Assembly: GCF_009914755.1 (NCBI RefSeq)
Contig: NC_060935.1
Direction: 5' to 3' (one strand)
DNA length: 64,000 nucleotides
Source: the human T2T-CHM13v2.0 reference genome, Homo sapiens
Positions 39,491 through 62,600 of the stretch are shown here, piece by piece. Position numbers and translations under genes: made by a program. The notes under the pieces are model-generated. The model ran no database searches and was not told the origin of the DNA. It saw only the letters and a program-made list of their open reading frames with translations. Each line of letters starts with the position of its first letter. Position 1 is the stretch's first letter.

Positions 39491-39853
39491 TTATGGTCTG
39501 AATATTGGCATCTCCCCCAAATTCATATGTTGGAACCAAATGTCACTAATGTGATAGCATTAGGAGGGGGAGACTTTTGGAAGTGATTAAGTCACATGGG
39601 TTTCAACCTCATGGAAGGGATTAGTGTCCTTATAAAAGAGCCCAAAGGGAGCTGCTTGTCCCTTTTTCACCATGTGAGAACACAGCAAAAAGGTGCCATC
39701 TTCGAAGCAGAAGAAGCACTCAGCAGACACTGAATCTGCTGGAGCCTTGATCTTGGACTTTCCAGCCTCCAGAATTGTGAACAATAAATTCCTATTGCTG
39801 ATAGATTACCCACTCTAAGATATTCTCTTATAGCAGCCTAAACTGACTGAAAC
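39491..39853 (+). mobile_element. MaLR solo LTR (MLT1A-like)
   Basis: tatggtctgaat...cccccaaattcatatgttg...ccttgatcttggactttccagcctccagaattgtga. Confidence 0.8.
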
Positions 39854-41515
39854 AAACCATTTCTGGGAGTTCCCTGGAGACAAGCTAGAGGATTCCCTGC
39901 AAGAGAACACGTGGGAGGAAAGGAGAAAGGGGAGACTTAGTACTCCCTGCCTCCGAAAACAAGAGAAAGTTAACCTTGGGTATCACAGTTGTTGGATAAC
40001 TGTTTAGACACCTCTAGGCTCCCTGGCATGATGCAGCAGTGGTCCCAAGTGTAGTGCATGAACTTGATAAGGACCAGACCTGAAACTCTGTCCTTGTCTC
40101 CACCCCTTAGACTAGCAGCCAACCCCGTGAGGGTAGCCATCCAAGACACCATTAGGAATGAAAAGTAAAGCTCAAGGTGCTCCTAAGGAGTAGACCCACA
40201 ACCCTGCTGCTTGGCCCCTAACCTCTGTTCTCAGCTCCAGTCAACTTCCTAGTTAGACCCTAATCTGAGACACTGTCCCCCAGCTCCCAGCCCTTTAAGC
40301 TGGAGCCACTCTATAGCCTGGCCTCCCAGTACAAAGCCTTGTGTGACAGTCAGAGCTTGTTAGCTACTACTCTACCCATCAAAGTCCTACGGAGCAAATG
40401 GCTGACAGGTTGGGAGGGGCTGACTCCAGATCACATGAGGCCATGAGCCACAGTCTGGGTCTACGTCCAGAGCCCCTTCCCAAGACAGTTCAAGGGATGG
40501 GTTTGAGTCTATATTCATTGTCACTGGAAGGTGGGTGGCATTGTGTCTATTTTACAGGAAAGGAAAATGAGGCTAGGACACGGAAGCTCAGAATAAGGGC
40601 CCTCTGCTGGAAACTCAGGCTATTTTTTGAGGCTGAAACAAGCCAGCCTCCAACCTCAGCTGGGTTGTAAAGGCAGTGGAGGAACAGGGCCTTGTCTGAG
40701 ACATAGCTACCTATAGTCTAGGCCCAATTCCCAGTTAAACAGCTGTCAGCAAATTTGGAACCCAAAGCCTTCACCAGTTTATGACCAGAAAATAACCAAG
40801 CACTGCAACCTCCTTGCCAGTGACATTTGCTGGTCTAGATGGTGCAGATACCCAGGAGGCTAATTGGGTAGGCCAGATCCTCTGTGCCAGCAAAGCTCCT
40901 GAGGCTCCAGCAAGACTCCCAGGGACTGTGTTCTGCAAATGTGCTCCATGGTGCCATTCATTCTTTCTTCTCTCTCTCCAGCTTGCCTCTGACACACAGC
41001 TGGTGTATTTCTGTTTCCCCACTTCAACTTCATTCCACTTGTCATGCCTAACTCATGGCAACACAAGCCATGAGTGGTGTTACTTGAATCACCCAGAACC
41101 ATAATTTGAGGTCCCCCAGATTGGACCTCCTACCCCACAACTCTGAGCCAATCCTCTTTGCACATGCATAGTTGCCCCAGGCCCTGTTGTTTCTGATGCC
41201 TTGCGGCTGGGTTGTGGCCATCTACCAGCAAGTTGAATCAGAGTCCTAGCTCCACCTCTTACTTGCTGTATAAACTCAGCTGTTCCTCTTCCGACTCTGG
41301 TTCTCTTTCCCCCCACTATGTGTAGATAGTCTGCAAAGAGCTAGTTTATGATCTGGACCTAAGAATCATCTGCGCAGAGATAGGTTTGCCCCTTAGTGCT
41401 CCCCTCCCTTGTTTCTCACAGCCTTGTTTGAGCTCGACACCCTCAAAGGAGAAGTGCTAACTTTTCAACTCAAAGAAAGAAGATTGTTTCACGACCAAGG
41501 TCCCTTGATTCAAGT

Positions 41516-41670
41516 GAAGAAGCAATCTGTCTTTATTATGAGAAACTGGGGAGGTGGGGCCAGGCCAGACTCATGTCAGAAGGCCCCTCAGTGAGAAGCG
41601 AAGAAGCAATCTGTCTTTATTATGAGGAACTAGGAGGTGGGGCCAGGCCAGACTCATGTCAGAAGGCCCC

Positions 41671-41678
<8 letters not shown>
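41516..41678. repeat. ~80-bp tandem duplication containing the HPX stop codon and AATAAA
   Basis: Copies 41516-41595 and 41600-41678 nearly identical; minus-strand AATAAA at 41532-41537 and 41616-41621. Confidence 0.93.
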
Positions 41679-51425
<9,747 letters not shown>

Positions 51426-51469
51426 GCTGAGCTGCAGAGGCCACAGGACAGCTCTGGGTGACCAGTTGA

Positions 51470-51630
51470 ACTCCCTATATAGAGTTGGCAGCAGCACCAC
51501 CCCCACCTCCAACTCTACTGGGAATGTGCTGTCTCCCAGGACTAAGCCAATATTGGCTGATTACATCACTGCAAATAAGGTCAGGGTCTGGACAGAAATC
51601 TGAATCCAAGACTCCTTTTTCCCGGCAGCT
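51470..51630 (-). promoter_or_regulatory. HPX: HPX proximal liver / acute-phase promoter
   Basis: TATATA 51476-51481; CTGGGAA 51518-51524 and minus-strand CCGGGAA 51619-51625 (IL-6/STAT3-type); C/EBP-like GTGATGTAATC 51559-51569; FOXA-like TATTTGC 51571-51577; double CCAAT palindrome. Confidence 0.7.
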
Positions 51631-54600
51631 GCCCCCCAACCCCCTTCAGCAATTTTCAAGCAGTAACTGGGCTACACTGCTGACGTCCAGCTGTGACTCT
51701 CACACTGGCAATGGGTCCAGGCATCCATAAGTCAGGGAAGTGAGTAGACTGAGGATCACCTTTTGTGATTGAGTTTATCTCCACAATGGGGGAGGTGAGA
51801 AAAGGAGGGAACTAATATTGCTGTGTACTGTGTCAAGCCCTGCTCTAAGGCAGCTAGAGACAGCAATACTTACTACTTTTAGTAACCACACACACAGATA
51901 AACTTACTTAGAAATACTCAGAGAACAGCTTTTTCCAAGCTTCATCAGGGGCCTTTCTGGGGCATGCCCAAGCCTCTTCAGCTTTACCCTTGGGCTAGTG
52001 AGTCTGGGGACAATAATGTCTCACTGTTGTCAAATGTCCAAGCCCCATGCCCAGCCTCTCGCCTTCCCTGACTGGCAAAGGGCTTTGCAAAAAGTGCCTG
52101 GAAGTGAAGGGTTGACAGTAATGAGGCAGAAACAGGAGGTGTCTCTCTTCCAGAGAGCACCACCACTACTAGTAATTAGTCTTTCTTGGTAGTTTCCACC
52201 TTGGGGGAAAAAGCTTTATTTAACCAACCCAGAACAAATAGAACTGTAACTGGAATTTCACAATATTTCTAGCTGACTCCTGCTTAAATGCTACCTTCTC
52301 AATGAAGCCTTTCTTGACCACCTTATCTAGCCATTTCAGACCCTTGCTTGTTTTATTTTACTTACTAAAACTTGAAATTCTTTCATCTGTCTACTTATCT
52401 GGTGATGGTTGTTGTTGCTTTGCTTTGTTTTGCCTGTCTTGTTTACCATTATATATCCCTGACTCCTAAAATAGTGCCTGGCATATAAGAGTTGTTCCAG
52501 AAATATTTGTTGAATGAAAAAAATGCAAAAATGCATTTCAAGTACTGAGTAGTGTTGCTAGTGTTGCAGCCAAATTTCTGACAATTTCCCCCCCTCTAGG
52601 GTAGGAGAATATTAGGAATTGGGGGTAGGTTATGGTAGTAGGCATAATGAGATCTAGGAGTCACAGACGCCCTTTATCTGACAGTCCTGTTTCTCTCTCC
52701 AGTGTCTCGGCCCCACATCCATCTCTTCCTGGGATCTCACCTGCTATCCTCAGTACTTCCTGGGCCCACTCCCAAAGCTGCCCCATTTCTGTGTGAGATT
52801 TGCCTAGTGAGTCAGAAAAGAATTATGGGCAGACTCAGCTATGGGCCAGGATGAAGTTCCAGGACCCCTGCTCCCTAGCCAAGGCTGAAAGGGCCCTGAT
52901 CCCTCACAGATGGCTCCAGACCCCTGACAGTCCCATATATAATCTTACCAAAAGTCTCAGATCCCTTTTCTACTCTGCGAAGTTTCCTTCCAACAGGAAA
53001 ACACACATTCCGGAACCTCTGGAACAACATGTCACCAGGCCTCTGCCATCAGGCTCAATGTCCTCTCCTGACTTACGAATGAAAATGTGCTGTGAACATC
53101 ATTCCCTCCTCATAGGTCAGTGGGCAAGGCTGGACTCTCTGAGTCCTTGGCAGCCTGGGCAATGCCATCGCTGCTACAGCCAATGTCTCATACTCACCTT
53201 CTCCCCATTGCAGGGCATGTCTTCTTTCTGGGTGTTGGGCAATGGGAGCCACTATTCTAAGACTCCCCCTCACCTTTTCTTTCCCTCTCAGCCTCTGAAA
53301 CCTTATATTCTCCCTCCTGAGCACCCCATGATCCTCCATCAGGAATTTCCTCAACAACTTGTCTTCAGCTGTCAGAACCCTGTCTGAATCCTACAGATTT
53401 TGCTGGGCCTGCCTGGGGAGAGGGAAGCTTTCACCCCAAGAAACAAACACCCCACAGAAAACCCATAGTGAGAGTCTTCAATAGTCCTATTAGCAGGGCC
53501 TTGCACTGACTTGCCAGTCCAAGGGTGCAGTCTCCTTCTGGCCTAACAGGGCTGTCTGAGGGCATACAGCACATATACTGGATGATCATTTTTCAGCTTG
53601 ACCCCTTCCCCACACACCTGGTGTGGTCCCCCTCACAGCACCCCGGATCCATCTATCCCAGAATACTACTTTATGGTCCCTTTTCCCTGTTGCTTCCTAA
53701 TTCACCTGTGTACCCGAGAATGGCTTAGAAACCATTACTGGATCCTCCTGCTCCACCCAGGGACTAGGCCAGCAGAGTCATCTGCACTGCAGGCAGTCCA
53801 GGTTGAAGTTCAAGTTTTGGGCAGGAGTTGAAAGTAGAACATTGTACACATTTGGGAACCCAGGGCTGTGGATATGTTGGCCACCCTGGTGTTGGTCACA
53901 GGGTACAAGCCAAGACTTCTCAGGGTAGTCAAGACTCAGCAGCCTTGCTTCTCTTCCCCTCACTACAGGAGGCCCCTTCTGTGGGTCCTGGGTCCTTCCC
54001 AGGCTTCCTACTGGGGCTGAGGAAAGAAGCTTGTCGGTACTTGGGCCTGAGCACCCCCTGCAGGCCGCAGGAATCAGTGCACTCCCGCCCTTCAACTAGA
54101 GGCCAGAGCCCAGGAGTTTTTCCTCTCTGAAACTAGCTCTCCACAGCCTTTGTCCCACACTCCTCTCAGCCCTGGCTGTGCATCCTTAGTGGTACACACC
54201 CTTCTATGCTTCTTTCCCTTCTTCTGCAAACCTTGCTGCCCAGAGTGGATTTGGGGACCTCAATCTCTTGCTTCTCTGGGAACTCGAGCCCAGAGAAATT
54301 CAACCATCTCTTTTCCTGGGTAGTCTTCTCTATCCTCCTAACCAGCAGCTTTTTTACTTCTCCCAGAAGGGGTCTGAACACGAACCTGCAAATGTCTGCA
54401 AATGACAGAGCTTCCTCCTGCATTGCCAAGAGCCAGATGTAAGCTGGACACTGACCCACTGTCCCTTGGAATGGCTATGTCTATGTCCAGCCTGCTCTGC
54501 TGTTGATATGAGTTCTCTGACCTTAGCCATTTCTCCTGGGCCCACTGAGTGCTAGGTGTGCTGGGCCTGAAGTCTGTGGCTGTATACTCCAGGGAGCAGG

Positions 54601-54753
54601 AACTGAATGTCTCCTTTCCTCAGGGGTAGGAGGCTTAGGGATAAAGCTCCAGGCAGCCAAAGAGCTTGCTGATCCCAGCTGACCCCTCCTCTTGCTCAGT
54701 CTATAATGGGCCTTAGTGCTATATATATATATATATAGCATGTATATAGCACT

Positions 54754-55149
54754 TGCTATGGTTTGAATGTTTCTGTCCCCTCCGAATTGATGTGTTGGAA
54801 GCTTAATTCCCAATGTGCCAGTGTTTGGAGGTGCGGCCTCATGAGAGGTGTTTAGGTCATGAGAGCTCTGCCCGATGAATGGATTAATGCTGCTATAAAA
54901 AGGGCTTTCAGAAGTGGATTCTCTCTCCTCTGCTTTTCTGCCACGTGATGAACAGCATTTGTCTCCTCTAGAGGATGCAGCGTTCAAAATGCCATCATAG
55001 AAGCAGAGACCAGGACCTCACCACACACCAAACCTGCTGGGCACCTTAATCTTGGACTTCCCAGCCTCCAGAACTGTGAGAAATACATTTTTGTTCATTA
55101 TAAATCATCAGTCATGGGCATTTTGTTATAGCAGCACAAACAGACAAAG
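54754..55149 (+). mobile_element. MaLR solo LTR (MST-like)
   Basis: tgctatggtttgaatgt...ggacttcccagcctccagaactgtgagaaat. Confidence 0.82.
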
Positions 55150-55298
55150 GTAGCACTATGAGTCCCGTTTTATGAATGAGGAAGCCAATATTAGGTATCT
55201 TAGCCAAATCACATTGCTAGCAAGTGGCAGAGCCATGATTTAAACCCTGGGTGCCTGACTCCTAGGGGTGTGTTCCTACAAGGATAGTGTGTTCTTAT

Positions 55299-55711
55299 CA
55301 AGGGGTTCGCTGGCAAATATTTAACAACTGCTCTCTAGGGGGAAAAAGCACTGATTTGTAACATTTGCAGATTTTTGTGATATAAATACTCCTACCATGG
55401 CCAACTTTAAGCTACCGACAAGACATCACCAAATGTAGAGTTGGGAAGGGATGTACAGTAACACACTGCATACAATATTCCTACCATACAGATATGATAG
55501 ATATAAATAATCACAAGAGCACAGGGGATAGTAAAATGTAGTAAAATAATTAGGAAGTGATTACTTTTAAGTACTGATTATCTTTGGTTTTAATAGAATG
55601 TATTTAAGTTTATATAGTTTGATTTTTAATAATAGCTGTGTTTTAACAACCAGCTCTCAAAATTCTAAATTTGACAATCAGCTCTCATGAGCCAGCTCCA
55701 GCACCCCACAG
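55299..55711. mobile_element. hAT-Tip100 DNA transposon (Arthur1-like)
   Basis: Termini gctggcaaatatttaacaactgctct and gagccagctccagcacccca. Confidence 0.6.
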
Positions 55712-56005
55712 TCTACCATGCTGCCTTTGTGTACAGGACAAGGATCCTACCTGCTTTAGTCACTGCTATATCTTCAGCACTGAGAACACGCCTGAAATAC
55801 TGTATGTATTTAATAAATATTGAATCCTATTATTCCTACTTCCTAATTATACATAAAATCTGTCCATTTCTCTCTGCCTCTTTAGTAATGCAAACACCAC
55901 CTTTTCTTGTGTGACCATTGAAATAGCTCCTCTACAACACATTCTTTATAACAACCACAGTGATCTTTAAAAACGTATCTGAGATCACCTTATGCTCCTG
56001 CTTAA

Positions 56006-56335
<330 letters not shown>

Positions 56336-57526
56336 GAAGTCAGTTGTAATTCTAATGTATACACAGTCTTCAAGAGGAACAGTTTAGAGAAGTTGAATTG
56401 TTTTCTGATTTTCTTTCTCAATTCTCTTCCTACCCCACAGAATCACTGCCCAGTTTAAAGTTTGTTTCACAGGGCATCCCTTTCATCCTTATCACTTAAA
56501 CTTTTCAGTGGCTTACTGTCATACTCCAGACCAAATCCAAGCTCTTTATCTTAGTTAAATGATCGAAGTCAGGCCTAATTCTCCAAACTTGTTCCTTTCC
56601 TCTCTCCTTCCACCCTCCTTCCTCTCCAGTCACCCTGGCCTCCTTTCAGATTCTCAAACACATCAAGATCTCAACCCCTCAGGATGTTTGTACCTGTTTT
56701 TCCTTTGTCTGAAAATCTCTATCTCCTTTTCTTAACACAGCTAGTTCCCTACCCACCCTGCTCCAACCCTACAGGTCACTGCTTAAAGAGACTTTCCTTG
56801 TCCACTCTATTTAACACTATATTGTCTATCATTGTATTCTGTTCATTTCCTTCACAGCTTGAACTCAAATTGTTATTACACATTTAGTTCCTTGTTGCTT
56901 ACTTGTCTCCCTTCTCCACTAGACTATAAGCTTAATAAGGGCAGGGACCATTTCTCTGTATTCCCAGGGCCCATTACTCTGTCTAATATTAAGTGCTCAA
57001 CAAATACTTGTTCAATAAATAAATGAACCCGCAGACCACAAATGGCCATAGGGCTGTTCTGGTCACCAGACAGCCCTATATGAGCAAAGTGTGAACCCTT
57101 GCAGGACCACAAAATAACATTCTGACAGCAGGGGCTTTGCTGTGACCCCCAAATCTGTGACAATCATTCCAGACTTGGCCTCCACTGTCAGGCACTACTT
57201 TCATCTACTTGGCCCCAAGGCCTGAATTGGAAAGAAAATGCCCACCACGGCTGGATTTAGAAGGAACAGAATGACTCCACCTTGATGTACCTTTTCCATG
57301 GCATGGGAAGACTACCTAATCTGAATCTATGGAAATCAGCCCTAGCAGCCTGTTCTTGGGCTAGCAGAAGAGCCATTTGCAGCATCCCGCCCAAGGAAGG
57401 TCACCCTTACTGCCTTTTTATTCCCCTGCTACTTTTAGGTGTTCACAATGTAAACATGTGACAGGTTGAGGGCTGGAAGCTTTGAGTTTCCATTCTGTAT
57501 TACTTCTGGTGCCTTGCTCAAGATAG

Positions 57527-58172
<646 letters not shown>

Positions 58173-59088
58173 TAGTCCCTCTTTTCCTAGCCCCAGAATT
58201 GTGCTATACCAGATCGATGTCTTGATCTTTTCCATGACCTCTCATGATCAACTTTCCCAGATCCAACGTTCCCCAAATCTTGTTGAGTGCTTTCTCTGCC
58301 AGCCATCATGCCAGGTGCAAGGGGCATAAGGGTGAACGGGGTGCTATAACTCACCGGTTAGGAGTATGACAGCTACATATTCAAATCTGGGCTCTGCTCT
58401 TCATCAACAATATGACCTATTTCTGTGAGCTTCAGTCTTTTGTAGAGAGAGAGAGAAATCATAGTCCCTACTTGCCAAATCATCACTGAATGCTGCTTTC
58501 AATTCTCTCTGGAGATAGCAGTAAAACTCTGGCAGACTAGAGCTCAGGAGAGAATGTGAAGACCCTAATTCCACTGCAGGGAGGGGCAGCAGTCTTGGAA
58601 ATGTGAGAAAGGGGATATGTCAGGGCTCCAGGGATTCAGGGATGACTTTTAAAATTAGCCATGGAGTCTCCCACACGTAGCTACCACCTGGGCTAGCCTC
58701 AATTCCCTTGCCCAGGCTTGAACTTCAAAGATTGCTTTCATAGCCTGACACTGTTCTCTCTGCACCTACTGGCTGTGTGCTGGGTAGAGGTCATTCCCTC
58801 ACCCCCCCAACCCCACAATCCTTCCCAGCCCCAGGGCAGATAGGCAAAGGACTTGCCTACTTCTGTAGGGCCTGGGGATGGGGATATGGCAGGTGGGTCA
58901 GGGTCCCATGGGTTCACCCTTTCTTGCTCTTCTCTACGGAAGTTTCAAAATATCAGGACCTGCTTGGGAAGCTGGGTCCCTTGCCTGCCTGCTTGCCCAC
59001 CTTTTAGTCCAGAGCTAGTCCCACCATCCCATCTCCTCACTGCAGCCCCACCCCACAAGAACCCAGCAAAAACATCTTGGTGAAGACA

Positions 59089-59094
59089 TTTATT
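59089..59094 (-). terminator. TRIM3 poly(A) signal
   Basis: TTTATT on +, ~400 nt after the stop; GU-rich sequence downstream on the minus strand. Confidence 0.8.
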
Positions 59095-59489
59095 TAATAT
59101 GGGGGGTGGGGTATTGCTGTCTCTGTCAGTGTGTATAGGGTGGTAGGGAGACAACTAGAGGGACTCCTGTCCTGGGGTAGGCTGTTCTGGCCCCAGGCTG
59201 GGGGATGGGGAGCAGACTGACAGGGGTGGGGAGGTGTGTAAGAAGGGTAGGGTGAAGCTCTGCACACATCCTTGGGACCACAGTCCAGGCTCACCCAGTC
59301 ACCAAAGCAAGAACCGAATAAATAAAGTGCAACCGTGGGGGTGGGGGTAGGAGAGGGAGGGCACCGGGTGCACCCATGCCCACAGCCCACATTCAGTGCT
59401 GCCAGGTCTGGCCCACCTCCCAGCCAGACCCTCTTGTCCAATCACCCCAATGTCTGTCCCTCCACAAGCCAGGCAGGGCCTCTGTACAG

Positions 59490-59642
59490 CTACTGGAGGT
59501 AGCGATAGGCTTTAAAGCAGTGGTTGCCAGCATCAGCCACCACCACATGGCCATCCGAGGTCAGTGCCAGGCCCTGTGGACCATACAGTGGTTCTGCAGA
59601 TGTGTTGATATAGGACAGGAAGGAGCCAGAGCTGTCGAATAC
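59490..59642 (-). CDS. TRIM3: TRIM3 last coding exon
   Basis: [50 protein letters not shown]. Confidence 0.95.
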
Positions 59643-61900
59643 CTGGGGAAGGAGTGCAGAAAGGAGGGAGAGGCAAGATCAGGCAGATGAGAGTCTGTTT
59701 TGGGGGAACGGGCATATGGGACACACCAGGAAACCGCCCCCTCATGTCATTCCCAGGCCTTACTCACCTGGATGCGGCTGTTGCCCCAGTCAGCCACAAT
59801 GATGTTTCCATTGGAGTCCACAGCTACTCCTGTGGGGGCATTGAACTGCCCATTGCCCTCGCCATGGGAGCCAAACTTGAAGAGGAACTCTCCATCGGCA
59901 CTGTACACCTGGCGGGGGAAGGGGCTAGGGACTGGGGACCTGGCCTCAGGCAGAGGGTAGGGCTTTGGAGGAGGATAGGGTGAAGCCCCAGGGCTGAGAA
60001 CCCCCACCCAGATCTACAGCTACAGCCCAAATCTGCTTCATAGGCTTCACATCCATGTGCCCTACTGCCTAGTAGACATCTCTTGCTGATGTCCATTGGG
60101 AATATCAAATCTAACAGCTCATTTTCTTTGGGAAATCAGTTCTCTTAGTTCTCTATCTCAATGACTGGTGCCACCCAGCTGGCCATGAGTCACTCTTGAC
60201 TCCAATTTCTTCTCTGTTTGATAGGCCAATGAATTAACACAACTCTTGATTCCATCTCAAATCCCTCTCTCAAGTCTATACCCTATGCATACACTGTCTC
60301 GTCTTTCTCACGGTCCAGGCTCACATCATTTCTCATCTGGATCACTGCAAAAGATTGATCTTCCTGTCTCAGTCTTGCCTCAGCCTGAGTGATCTAAGAC
60401 ACACAGGACTGCATCACTCCCCTGCCTGCAATCCTGTGACTCCCCATAGCTCTTGGGAGGAGAGCAAGCCCCTTAAGGGGGCACACAAGCCTCACTCTCA
60501 GCTTTCACGGTCCCCTCCTCAAGCTGAGTCTGAACTACTTGTGATTTCTCGAACACACTATTAAGGTTCCCACCTTGCATTCTTGGCTCTTCCTGTGTCT
60601 TTTGTCTCAAACACTCTCGTCCTCCTCTGCCTTCCATTTAATTCCCACTTGTGCTTGAGGTCCTCCTCATATAGTCTTTCCTGAATCATACACTTCTGTA
60701 TCCCTTCCCACAGTTCCCTGCACCTTCCTATCACAGAATCTATTACATCATATTGTAATTTTTTGGTTACCTTTTTCTCTTCCCTACTAGACTATAATCA
60801 AGAAGACACAGAATACATTTGCTTTGTGCATCACTGTATCTCCAGCTTCTAGCATACTGCCTGGGACAAAGCAGCCATGCATAAATGTGTAAATGTGTAT
60901 TGTTTGAGTGAATGATCTCAAAGGGGAAAAGGAGGAGGTAAAATAGAGAGGAGTCTTGTGGAAGAGGAAAGGATGTTGGGACAGTGGTCACGGAGGGAGG
61001 GAAGACACTGACCTTCACTGAATGGTTATGGAAGTCCGTTACTACAATTTCATTCTTGTTGTTCACAGCCACAAAATGGGGCCCTGAAAATACAAAGTGG
61101 TCTTCAGGGCAGTAAGCTGGGATGCTGAGTGGGATGGGGAAGAGTATCTGGGAAGATAAAAGCTAGGGTGTTAGGAGAGGGGTGGGGTCTCCAGGACTGA
61201 GACAAATTATTTCTGAGATGATAGGGCTAACGTAAGGGAAGTGGGATCTCCAGAGCCAAGATATAGGAGGAGAGGGCCTTTACAGCTGGGGTATCTAGGG
61301 GAGTTCTCTGGAACAGGGGTATCAGCATAGATCTTGGAGCTGTCCCCCTATACCTGCAAAGTGGCGGTCAGTGGCCCCACGGCCCCCAAAACGGCCAACC
61401 AGTTTGCCATTGGGCTGGAAGGTAAAGACGCAGCAAGACTTGTTGTCGACCACAATGATATGTCCATTCCGGTCTACGGCCACTCCCTTGGGGCCCATGA
61501 GGCGGCCAGCTCCAATCTTGGTCTGGAGGAAGAGAATATCCATAAGAGGCTTTATTCTGACAGTGGGGAAAGTAGTCCTAACCCAGTACCAAAGCAGAAT
61601 CTTGGGCTGGGGAAAGAACAGGGAGTAGGAGGAGGTAGGATTGGATCAGTCCAGACCCTGACCACCAAGAGGCACTAGACTGGTCAGTTCAGCTGGACAC
61701 CAGGGTAAGTAAAGTGACAGCAGGCCTCTCACCTTGAACTTGCCCTCAGGGGAGAAGATGCTGACCCAACGGTTGTCATAGTCTGCCACAATTATGTCTC
61801 CATTGGTGTCCACTGCCACACCTGTGGGGCGCTGCAGCTGCCCAGGTGAGCGTCCTCGGACCCCAAAACGGAACTTGAACTGGCCCTCATTGGAGAAAAC
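59490..61900 (-). CDS. TRIM3: TRIM3 (BERP) C-terminal NHL-repeat exons, partial gene
   Basis: Exons 61900-61733, 61522-61354, 61083-61013, 59908-59768, 59642-59490; repeated PxGVAVD.NG.IIVAD..N NHL motifs; ends CFKAYRYLQ*; upstream exons lie outside the window. Confidence 0.96.
59768..59908 (-). CDS. TRIM3: TRIM3 NHL exon
   Basis: [47 protein letters not shown]. Confidence 0.95.
61013..61083 (-). CDS. TRIM3: TRIM3 NHL exon
   Basis: [23 protein letters not shown]. Confidence 0.95.
61354..61522 (-). CDS. TRIM3: TRIM3 NHL exon
   Basis: [29 protein letters not shown]. Confidence 0.95.
61733..61900 (-). CDS. TRIM3: TRIM3 NHL exon
   Basis: [56 protein letters not shown]. Confidence 0.95.
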
Positions 61901-62004
61901 CTGGAGCAGAGGAGCAAGGGGAGGGAGCAGGTAGGAGGGGAGACACTGTGGGCACAGACAGAAGGGAGTAGGATCCTGAGGGAGGAGACCCCCCCACCAC
62001 CATT

Positions 62005-62600
62005 TATTCAGTCATTCAACAAGCACTTACTGACAAAATCAAACATGGCAGCAGGTCTGGGGCAATGCAACAGAGATATGAATGGGATTGTGAGAACATG
62101 AAGGGATGAAGGGGAATGGTGAGAAAAGGCTCCAAGAGAAGAAGATGTCTGAACAAATAGCCTAATGAGGATGCCACATAAACCAAATTCGGCCAGGAAA
62201 GGAAGAGGAAAGGCATTCAAGCAGAGTGAACAGATTGTAAAAGGCACAAAGTCCAGTATGGGCACCACTTGAGGACTTGTCCAGTGTGGCTGGACTGCAG
62301 GGAGCACCCAGGTGAACAAAAGAAGGAATTATGTTTTATCCTGGGTGTAATGAGGAGTTTCTTAACATTTCTAGGCATAGCAGTGACAAGATCAATTTTG
62401 CTTTTAAGAAAGAACATTCTGGCTGTAGGGAGAAGTCAAGACTACAAGCTAGCTGCCCAGTCAGAGGCTGTTGCAGTATTCCAGTTGAGAAATGATGATG
62501 GCTTGGACCAAGGAAATTGGCTGGAGGGACGCAGATGGACTCAAGACATATGTAGGAGGTAGGCTCATGAGACTTAGTAGCAGACTGGAATGGGGTAGGT
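62005..62600 (-). mobile_element. L2 3' fragment
   Basis: tcattcaacaagcacttactga start; gatggcttggacca motif. Confidence 0.55.

Noticed and set aside
52800-53387. 195-aa + strand ORF upstream of HPX
   Set aside because: Non-ATG start and no domain; splice signals here point to the minus strand
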